DNA of 64,000 bases from a virus. The first letter of the stretch is position 1. Each line of letters begins with the position of its first letter. The position numbers were made by a program, and so were the translations under genes. Below, piece after piece: positions 57,216 through 64,000 of this stretch. The stretch lies in IMG/VR virus record IMGVR_UViG_3300043783_000034, positions 1 through 64,000 of that record; one strand, written 5' to 3'. The notes below the pieces were generated by a model. That model ran no database searches. It saw nothing but the letters and a program-made list of their open reading frames with translations, and was not told the DNA's origin.

Positions 57216-58094
57216 TCAGCATGGGTTACCCGATTGCTTCGATGCTGGCGGCGATGAACTCTGCCGCGATTTGCGGGACGATCGCGTTGCCGTAGGCGCG
57301 CAAGCGTCCCACTCGACCGGGTATCCTTGAAGCCAGCGGGAATGTGCCGGGTTCAACTGGCCGCGCTTTTCCGTCGGTGCAGGGGAGCCATTCGCAATCG
57401 CTCCAGGCGCTTGCCGCCCGAGAGGGGACGTTGGTGTCGCCCAGGCCGCCATTTGAGTGAGCGACGATCCGCTCATCGCCGATGTAATGGTGCCTCCCCG
57501 CTCGCCGTCCGTCGCGGACGGAGTCGTCCATGCCGCTGGCAGCGCTACAAGGGCCGCTGCCCGTGCCATATTCGCGCCGCAAGCATTCGCCGCTGCTGGC
57601 GTCGTCCAGGCTTTGAGCGACGAACCACAGTCGCTGTCGGATATGGGGCGCGCCGATGCCACAAGCCGGCAGTGCGGCCGCCCCCGTGGCGTAACCTTCG
57701 CCTTCCAAGTCAGCGCAAACAGCGTCGAGCCAGCCCTGTTCAATCGCTGCCGCAACCTGTTCGCCAAAGAGGATTGGAGGGCGGCACTCGCGGATGAGAC
57801 GGAACCAATGCGGCCATAGGTGCCGGCGGTCGGCGCCACCTTGTCTTTTGCCTGCGGCCGAGAAGGGTTGGCAGGGGCAAGAGCCTGTCCAAACAGGTCG
57901 ATCGTCGGGGATTCCTGCGAGCCTGCATGCAAGTGCCCAGCCCGCAATCCCGGCGAAGAAATGGCATTGGGCATAGCCTCGGAGATCGGCGGCGCGGACA
58001 TCAACGATGCTGCGCTCATCAACGTCGCCGGGCGCGATGTGTCCGGCTGCGATGAGGTTGCGGAGCCATTGAGCGGCATATCGGTCGTTTTCAT
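57216..58094 (-). CDS. Overlapping alternate-frame beta chain of the C5 methyltransferase
   Basis: W.TP repeats; [15 protein letters not shown] (motif IX-like); true start unknown. Confidence 0.65.
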   Translation of the reverse strand: MKTTDMPLNGSATSSQPDTSRPATLMSAASLMSAPPISEAMPNAISSPGLRAGHLHAGSQESPTIDLFGQALAPANPSRPQAKDKVAPTAGTYGRIGSVSSASAALQSSLANRLRQRLNRAGSTLFALTWKAKVTPRGRPHCRLVASARPISDSDCGSSLKAWTTPAAANACGANMARAAALVALPAAWTTPSATDGERGGTITSAMSGSSLTQMAAWATPTSPLGRQAPGAIANGSPAPTEKRGQLNPAHSRWLQGYPVEWDACAPTATRSSRKSRQSSSPPASKQSGNPC

Positions 58095-58110
58095 TGTAGT
58101 AGGCCGTCAT
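57226..58110 (-). CDS. C5 cytosine methyltransferase (alpha chain)
   Basis: [35 protein letters not shown]. Confidence 0.92.
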   Translation of the reverse strand: MTAYYNENDRYAAQWLRNLIAAGHIAPGDVDERSIVDVRAADLRGYAQCHFFAGIAGWALACRLAGIPDDRPVWTGSCPCQPFSAAGKRQGGADRRHLWPHWFRLIRECRPPILFGEQVAAAIEQGWLDAVCADLEGEGYATGAAALPACGIGAPHIRQRLWFVAQSLDDASSGECLRREYGTGSGPCSAASGMDDSVRDGRRAGRHHYIGDERIVAHSNGGLGDTNVPSRAASAWSDCEWLPCTDGKARPVEPGTFPLASRIPGRVGRLRAYGNAIVPQIAAEFIAASIEAIG

Positions 58111-58130
58111 CCCTTTGGCGCGCGCATGGG

Positions 58131-58871
58131 TCAGCGGCCCTCTGCCGTGTCGCGTGCTGGCGGGAATGTTACCTCGCAGCCTTCCCAGTGGAAGCTTTTG
58201 TGCGCCTCGGCCATGTCGGTGACAAAGAGACCGCGAGCCGTTTCAAGCACGTCCACTGACCACGCGCCGCCGCAGGCTTCGCCGGCACGCGACGCTAGCG
58301 AGAGCACGCGGCCAATGTCGTCCTCGCGACACAGGTTCTCGTAAACCGACTCGTTCGCGCCGCCCCTGATCAACGCCTCGCGGGGCCAATAGGGATGATG
58401 GCAGAGCACTTTTGGCCCATCCACGAACACCCGAAACTCGCGGCATACCGGCATGTCGCCGTAGGATGGACAGACGGTCAGCGGCTGGATCGGCAAAAAC
58501 TCGCGAATGGCCCAGCGTTCATACGGGAGACCGATGATGGACGCGCACTCGCAATATTCGACGATCGCGATTATATGGCTTTCGACCTTTTCAGGATCGC
58601 CGACGAAACACGAGCGCTTCCAGGAATGCTTTGCGGACGTGTGATCGGTCCGAAGGAAGAATGGCGCGCCAAACTCGCTGGCTTCGCGCCTGATGGTTTG
58701 AGCAAAACGTTTCAGCCCAATGCTTCCGTCCGGGCCGTCTTTGCCATCGAATGCGGCGAAGATGTCCTCCAGAGCCGCAGACGTAATCTCCACGATCTTC
58801 GTGCGCGGCACCGGCAGGTCGGCGGCAGCGATCCGGGGAAACCAGTAGGATAGTGCTGTGCGGTCGCTCAT
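58131..58871 (-). CDS. ATP-grasp fold protein
   Basis: FFLRTD..SAKH, IREFL, EFRVFV, WSVD, VTD. Confidence 0.7.
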   Translation of the reverse strand: MSDRTALSYWFPRIAAADLPVPRTKIVEITSAALEDIFAAFDGKDGPDGSIGLKRFAQTIRREASEFGAPFFLRTDHTSAKHSWKRSCFVGDPEKVESHIIAIVEYCECASIIGLPYERWAIREFLPIQPLTVCPSYGDMPVCREFRVFVDGPKVLCHHPYWPREALIRGGANESVYENLCREDDIGRVLSLASRAGEACGGAWSVDVLETARGLFVTDMAEAHKSFHWEGCEVTFPPARDTAEGR

Positions 58872-58874
58872 GGC

Positions 58875-59234
58875 CTAGTCCGTGTCGCGTGCTGGCGGGG
58901 GAGGAAGGGGCTGCCAGTGGGTAACGGGAATATCAATGGGAGCGGCGCTTTCGCCCATATCCATCAACCAGTCCTCATTGCCCATGGTGTCCCAGCGGCC
59001 GAACACGATTTCGAGAATACGCGAGCCCGGCACGAACAACAGAACAAGCGTCCCATCCTTCGGCGCGCTCTCGATCGTCCGCCACTCCCGCTCGCGCTTC
59101 TCGGCTTCCAGTTCGGCGACGCGGGTGCGGAGGTGGGTGATTTCGTCGATGATTTCCTGGAAAATTGGCCCATACGTATAGGGGTCAAGATGATGTCGGA
59201 CCAAGTAGTGCAATCGCTCAACGATGTCGCTCAT
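58875..59234 (-). CDS. DUF551/Lar-like early protein
   Basis: MSDIVERL, WRTIESAPKDGT, THWQPLP. Confidence 0.75.
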   Translation of the reverse strand: MSDIVERLHYLVRHHLDPYTYGPIFQEIIDEITHLRTRVAELEAEKREREWRTIESAPKDGTLVLLFVPGSRILEIVFGRWDTMGNEDWLMDMGESAAPIDIPVTHWQPLPPPPARDTD

Positions 59235-59389
59235 GGCTTCTCAACGCTTGGTACGTGTCAGAAGGAACAACAAGAGAAAAACGAACAACGTGCCGAAAAA
59301 GGCTGCGGCTTTGCTGAGAGTCGGACAGGTCGCGCTATCGCTGTTGCTACAGAATGGGTCGATACCCGCCATGATAATGTCAGGGCCGC

Positions 59390-60202
59390 TCATGGCTTCT
59401 CTCCGAGGGCGGCACGGGCTCGATGCTGGATAGTTCTAATCGTATGGCCTAAGCTTTCGCTGTCGTTTACGGTCAAAAGCGACATCACGCGCCACTCGAT
59501 CTCAACAAGCACCTCTCTCAGCCTCTCGACCTGCGCTCGCAGCGCGTCGCGTTCGACCTCGATCTTTTCGGTCTCATCATAGTCCGCTTCCATTTGTGTG
59601 TTCTGCTGCTGGATTTTCGCCAAGTCGGCTTCGTGCTTTGCCCGCAGCGCGTCGCGTTCGGCGAGAAGGGCGGGGGCGGCGGCAATCAGGCGGGCGTTAG
59701 CGATAGAATCGGGCGTTGGCTGACTGCCAGGAGAGCAATCGCAAATAACACCGCGTCCTGGACCCTGTGGTCCCCAAACGCAGTCGGCGTACTCAGGACC
59801 GTAAGTGTGCCTAATGCCGTTTTTAATGACTAGTTCGCCTCCGTTATCAAATTGCTGCCACGGACCCTGCGTGTGCCCGTCGAACTGCGCCCCCGCCACG
59901 GATGACGGGGGCGGCGTTTTATTCCCCAATCCCGGTTGGGTCGAGGTATCTTGCGATGCGGATATCCTGTCTCCGGGTCTATGCTGCATCACCTCCTCTC
60001 GGTTGGGTGCGTTGTCAGCGCGGGCGCGACGGGCGGCGAGAAGAGCGGCGCGGGCTTGCACTCGGTACTTTTCTCTAATCTCCGGAAAGGCGAAGTCATA
60101 AGCCGGAGGCGGGCGACTAACATTCGAATATGACGACGTATGTAGATCATAGAGGGCCTTCGCCGCCGCTTCGACTTCCGCCGGGGTTATGTCGTCGGTC
60201 AT
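59390..60202 (-). CDS. Mosaic early (Ead/Ea22-like) protein
   Basis: HTQGPW, ANARLIAAAP, ARAAL. Confidence 0.7.
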   Translation of the reverse strand: MTDDITPAEVEAAAKALYDLHTSSYSNVSRPPPAYDFAFPEIREKYRVQARAALLAARRARADNAPNREEVMQHRPGDRISASQDTSTQPGLGNKTPPPSSVAGAQFDGHTQGPWQQFDNGGELVIKNGIRHTYGPEYADCVWGPQGPGRGVICDCSPGSQPTPDSIANARLIAAAPALLAERDALRAKHEADLAKIQQQNTQMEADYDETEKIEVERDALRAQVERLREVLVEIEWRVMSLLTVNDSESLGHTIRTIQHRARAALGEKP

Positions 60203-61614
60203 TGTGCGACCTTCGCCTGCGCGTCGGCGACCGCCTTGCGGCAGGCATCAAGTTCGGCGGTCGTCATGGCCTCGCCGAGCGCTGCGCGGATGTCCCGCTG
60301 CGGCGGCCCCTTGAACCACTCTTGGATGGCAGTCGGGCTGGCGCCCTCGATTGCGAGCCGCGCGACTTTCTCGCGGACATAGGCCAGATAGTCCTCGCCG
60401 GTTTTCTGCTCCGGATCGGGGAACTCGGTCGCCGAGCCCGGCTTCTTGCCGTCGCCCCCGGCCAGAGGAAGGCCGCCAGTGGCTTGAGCAGGCGGGGGGG
60501 CTGCGTGGGTAGCCCCCAGCGCATCGGACGCATGGGTGGCCTGTTTCTGGGCCGTGGTGCCCCCATTGCCACCAAGCGTAGTCTTGGCTGCTTGCGTGGC
60601 CGGTTCGCGCTGATGGTCCGCCGCTGGCTCGCCTTGGGGAATGGGGCGGTCGGCGGCGGTGGTTCCGGCAGCATCGGCGGGGGAAGCGGATGTGGCCGGT
60701 TTCGAACCTTCGACTTGGTGGGGATGGGCGCCCTGCTGCTCGCTGCCGTCGTCGCCGAGTGGATTGTCGACCCGGTCAAAGGCGCCCGATGTCATGAAGC
60801 GCGGGTCGAATAGTTCGTCGGCGGTGACGACTTCATCTTTCAGCTGCTCATACATGCCGCGCAGCATGACCATGTGGTCGAGCGTGATTTCCTTCTCGTC
60901 GCGAATGCCGAGCGCAGCGAAGATTTTCTGCGGCGTGACGCCGAAATTAGCGAAGGTGGCAATCATCTTGGCGCGCCGCTCGGGCAGCGTTGCCGTCGTT
61001 CCGCGGACGATGACCAGTGCTTCCTCGTAGATCGGGCGCCAAATCACGTCCGACACGCCTTTGAAGATCGCATTGCGCTGCGCGATCGACGTCGCCGCCT
61101 GGATCGTGACGGCGATCATGTCGTCGCTGTAAATAAGGCCATTCTTGCCGCTGATCCTGCGGGTGACTGTTGCCGATGACGTACGATTAGTCTGCAAGTC
61201 GCGGAACATGCCTTCGCAGACCACGACCTTATTCGTCCGATCAGTGTGCACCCACCAGCCGCGATCAATGCAGTTTCCCCAGGCCGTGGCGGTGATGGTG
61301 GCGAGGCCAATCGACGGGCCGATGATTGCCTTGTCTTTGCGCGGCAGCGCGTAGACGCACCGATTCGCGGACGCATCGGTGAACAGCGCCATCTGCCGGA
61401 TTTGGTCCTGCACGACCGCCATGCGGCGCGGATGCCGCAAGGCATGTTCCATCGAGACGTCAAGCTCCATGCGCAGCACGCCAACGTCAAGAGCGGACTT
61501 GTGGAGCGCATCGAGCGGGCCCTCGATCTCCTGGCGGGCTGGGGCACGCACGCTGTTCGTGGGCTGGCGCTCCTGCTGCTGATCGTTGCCGGGCGCATTC
61601 GGGTGGTCGTTCAT
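60199..61614 (-). CDS. Putative ssDNA-annealing/recombination protein
   Basis: YALPR...GPSI.LA...WGN; SIAQRNAIF; GGAGG RBS. Confidence 0.6.
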   Translation of the reverse strand: MNDHPNAPGNDQQQERQPTNSVRAPARQEIEGPLDALHKSALDVGVLRMELDVSMEHALRHPRRMAVVQDQIRQMALFTDASANRCVYALPRKDKAIIGPSIGLATITATAWGNCIDRGWWVHTDRTNKVVVCEGMFRDLQTNRTSSATVTRRISGKNGLIYSDDMIAVTIQAATSIAQRNAIFKGVSDVIWRPIYEEALVIVRGTTATLPERRAKMIATFANFGVTPQKIFAALGIRDEKEITLDHMVMLRGMYEQLKDEVVTADELFDPRFMTSGAFDRVDNPLGDDGSEQQGAHPHQVEGSKPATSASPADAAGTTAADRPIPQGEPAADHQREPATQAAKTTLGGNGGTTAQKQATHASDALGATHAAPPPAQATGGLPLAGGDGKKPGSATEFPDPEQKTGEDYLAYVREKVARLAIEGASPTAIQEWFKGPPQRDIRAALGEAMTTAELDACRKAVADAQAKVAQ

Positions 61615-61689
61615 GGTCGGAATCCTCCAATCGGGTATCAGTCGGTCGGTTATTTGGCGCGCGGTTCAGGCACGGCGTCAACCGTGAAA

Positions 61690-61728
61690 ATAGGACGTAT
61701 TGACATATAGGTCGTACTGTCCTATATT
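61690..61728 (+). promoter_or_regulatory. Sigma70 promoter with palindromic operator
   Basis: TTGACA-17-TATATT; TATAGG-N9-CCTATA. Confidence 0.75.
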
Positions 61729-61793
61729 GTCCATCGTCAGGTCGAGATGGACTTGAACCCCGCGCCTCGGGGCATCAGGGGCGAGGAACGAAA

Positions 61794-62039
61794 ATGACCA
61801 ATCATCCGAACCGCAGCGCTCGTCCGATCCGCAGCACTCCGCGCAATGCGTTTCCCGGCGATCCCGTACGGATCATGCAAGGCGCTCGTCGGGACACGGC
61901 ATGCAACCTGTGGCCGCACGGAACCGAATTCAAGCCGCAGACCTACGGGGCAAACAACGTGCGAGGCCGAGTAGTGCAAGTCGTGTCAATTGGCGGGCGA
62001 GACGTCGAATTTCTGTGCGGAGAGATTGGCATCGCCTAA
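61794..62039 (+). CDS. Small MTNHPNRS-leader protein
   Basis: GAGG RBS after the promoter. Confidence 0.65.
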   Translation: MTNHPNRSARPIRSTPRNAFPGDPVRIMQGARRDTACNLWPHGTEFKPQTYGANNVRGRVVQVVSIGGRDVEFLCGEIGIA

Positions 62040-62040
62040 A

Positions 62041-62238
62041 ATGACCGTTTCCGAATTCAACTCGATCCTCGCGCGCCTCGATCTTTCCCAGGTCGGGGCC
62101 GCGAAACTGCTGGGGGTTACAGATCGGCAGGCGCGTCGCTATGCGGCTGGCGATTCCGACATCCCGCAAGCAGCGGCCAAACTTCTGCGGCTGCTTGCGC
62201 GTGGCGCTCTGACGGTCGAGCAGATTCAGCGTGCCTGA
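62041..62238 (+). CDS. HTH regulator
   Basis: LSQVGAAKLLGVTDRQARRYAAG..IP. Confidence 0.8.
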   Translation: MTVSEFNSILARLDLSQVGAAKLLGVTDRQARRYAAGDSDIPQAAAKLLRLLARGALTVEQIQRA

Positions 62239-62288
62239 TCTCACAGCTCTTCGGTTCCCTTCCTAGGCAGTCATAGCTGCTGAAATAC

Positions 62289-62481
62289 CCAAAGCGAAAT
62301 CTAGATGTTCCAGGTCGGCTTTCTGCCCCGGTTGCTCGATCGTGTTTCGCTAGAGCGTCCGGACCGCTCGTCTGACAGCACGCGGGCAGTCGTCAGCGGA
62401 CTTTCCCCGTCTCTCCGTGAGTGTTCGCATCGGGAATGGTTACCCTAGCGGCCGAATCGTTCCATCTAGACTTCGCTTTGG
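62289..62481. ncRNA. Candidate structured RNA or miniature inverted-repeat element
   Basis: 18/19-bp terminal inverted repeat with nested inner stems. Confidence 0.45.
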
Positions 62482-62485
62482 CTCC

Positions 62486-62737
62486 CTATTTGCTGGCGTC
62501 CAGTTCGTAACGAAACCGCCCGAGCGGCGTGAGTTCGAACAGCCCGCTCGCTTCCGCGATCTTGGTGTGGGTCGCGTAGCCTGCCTCCACGCATCGCTGG
62601 AGACAGCAAAGTGCGGCCGCTGAATTGCTCAAGGCTTCGGACCCACCATCGAGCTCTAACGTCACGACCATGCGACCCCCGCGCGCCGCTAGGCCCTTGA
62701 GGGCGACACGTTGGGCTTCGGTCAGCGGATCGTCCAT
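62486..62737 (-). CDS. Winged-helix-like small protein
   Basis: LTEAQR.AL...LTPLGR. Confidence 0.6.
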   Translation of the reverse strand: MDDPLTEAQRVALKGLAARGGRMVVTLELDGGSEALSNSAAALCCLQRCVEAGYATHTKIAEASGLFELTPLGRFRYELDASK

Positions 62738-62753
62738 GGCGGAAGCTCCTTCG

Positions 62754-63038
62754 CTAGAGACTAGCTTCCGCAATGATATCGGGCTGCTGGCTGCACCATT
62801 CGCACCATCGCATGTGGATTGGTAGCGGCACGTGATACTCCCACCATTCGAATTTCCATCCGGTCGTGGGGTCGCGGTTTTCGCGAGAGACGCGCTCGAT
62901 CAAACCTCGATCGAGAAGCGCCTTGAGCGTTCGATCCGAGAGCGTTCGACCCGAGGCATACGGCGGTTGATTGATCGCGATGCGCTCAAATGTTGCGATC
63001 TGCGCCTTGGTCATGCCCTTGCACGGGTGATCGGTCAT
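62754..63038 (-). CDS. Winged-helix-like small protein
   Basis: TLKALLDRGLIE; AAGGAG RBS. Confidence 0.65.
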   Translation of the reverse strand: MTDHPCKGMTKAQIATFERIAINQPPYASGRTLSDRTLKALLDRGLIERVSRENRDPTTGWKFEWWEYHVPLPIHMRWCEWCSQQPDIIAEASL

Positions 63039-63049
63039 CGGTTGGCTCC

Positions 63050-63502
63050 TTACGTAGAGGCTGGATCGAGATAGTCGCCAAGCACAACGGTAACGATGTT
63101 GTTGCGATGTGCGACGATGAATGTGACGGCATCCTTGGTGTAGGCCACAGCGTCACCCTTCGCGCGGCAGATTGCATTATCACCATTCGCTTTTGCCTCA
63201 AGAGCTGTGTCGGCAATCTTTTTTCGCAGCGCATCCATGTCGAAGCCTTCAACCTTTTCGAGCCACCGCACGATGGCGTGATCGCTGACTTTTAGTTCCG
63301 GCTGTTCGCGTGAATGCAGGATAGCGGTAATCGCATCGGATTCGACGCGAAGTTTATTAACGGTGGCGCCATGCACCTGCATTAGACTGCCGAGGTCCGC
63401 GCGGCGAGCGGCCAGGATGCTGCTAGGCTTATCCGCGAGAAAAGAAAACTCCGCGATGTTCACCATCTTCGGCAGTCGCCCGTTGCTCCGCTTCTTGCTC
63501 AT
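63050..63502 (-). CDS. Hypothetical phage protein
   Basis: VSDHAIVRWLE...IVTV. Confidence 0.65.
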   Translation of the reverse strand: MSKKRSNGRLPKMVNIAEFSFLADKPSSILAARRADLGSLMQVHGATVNKLRVESDAITAILHSREQPELKVSDHAIVRWLEKVEGFDMDALRKKIADTALEAKANGDNAICRAKGDAVAYTKDAVTFIVAHRNNIVTVVLGDYLDPAST

Positions 63503-63756
63503 CGGACCGATGCCACTTTGACCAAAATGCGCCGCTTCGCCGAGACGGTATGCGTTGTTTTCATCACATGATAAATCGCGCCTTCGCCGCCTTCATTGTC
63601 GTTCCGGCAGCAATTTCTGGCGAAAACAATAGCCTCTTTCTCGGAAAAGAAAGTTTCCACTCTTGGGTCTTGCGTGGCGATGGCTTCGCCATCTTGCACG
63701 AGTAACACTAACCAGCGCTTTGTGCCGCCGTCATCGGCCTTTTGTTCTTCGGCCAT
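63499..63756 (-). CDS. Hypothetical
   Basis: GGAG RBS; coupled to the next gene. Confidence 0.55.
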   Translation of the reverse strand: MAEEQKADDGGTKRWLVLLVQDGEAIATQDPRVETFFSEKEAIVFARNCCRNDNEGGEGAIYHVMKTTHTVSAKRRILVKVASVR

Positions 63757-63775
63757 TCTAAATGCTCCCTTCATG

Positions 63776-64000
63776 CTAATCCAGAAATCCTTCCGACACG
63801 TCTGCCGGACTGAGGCGTGGCGCCGCCGGCGCGGCACTTTCTAGCTGGCCAGACTTTTGCAACACGTCGCGGAAGTAATTTTCGAGACCAATGGGGCGCA
63901 AGCCTTCCGAGCGTGGAAGAAACTTAAGTGCGTCTTCAATCGCCCACTGCTCGACGGCCACGAAGCGCAGCCCCGACTTCGCCGCGTCAATGAGGTGTTC
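63776..64000 (-). CDS. 3' end of a gene running off the window
   Basis: Frame is open to the window edge. Confidence 0.5.
   Translation of the reverse strand, partial: EHLIDAAKSGLRFVAVEQWAIEDALKFLPRSEGLRPIGLENYFRDVLQKSGQLESAAPAAPRLSPADVSEGFLD

Overview
The window is almost entirely one GC-rich contractile-tailed phage or prophage with a Bcep781/Bcep1-like morphogenesis module. GcrA, a parS site, GANTC clusters and an Omp25-like barrel point to an alphaproteobacterial (Rhizobiales-like) host. Gene order: disrupted AAA ATPase and candidate origin (1-980); GcrA, RusA, MT-A70 and primase-helicase (1-5.7 kb); an intact IS200/IS605 element with a RuvC-rearranged TnpB (6.4-7.9 kb); parS and a ParB-methyltransferase; terminase, portal and head genes (12-25.8 kb); an 8 kb neck-region accessory cassette (Gly-rich fibre, FkbM methyltransferase, TPR-glycosyltransferase, ~16-repeat protein); tail and baseplate (34-46 kb); fibre and spike (46-51 kb); lysis and membrane genes (51-56 kb); and a leftward early region. 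The most unusual signal is that at least four virion fibre/decoration proteins, including the tail fibre and tailspike, begin with Sec-type signal peptides and carry paired cysteines, and the spike ends in an ssrA-tag-like peptide. This suggests receptor-binding parts are exported and folded outside the cytoplasm. No integrase, tRNA, CRISPR array or reverse transcriptase was seen. All calls come from reading motifs by eye; no searches were run.
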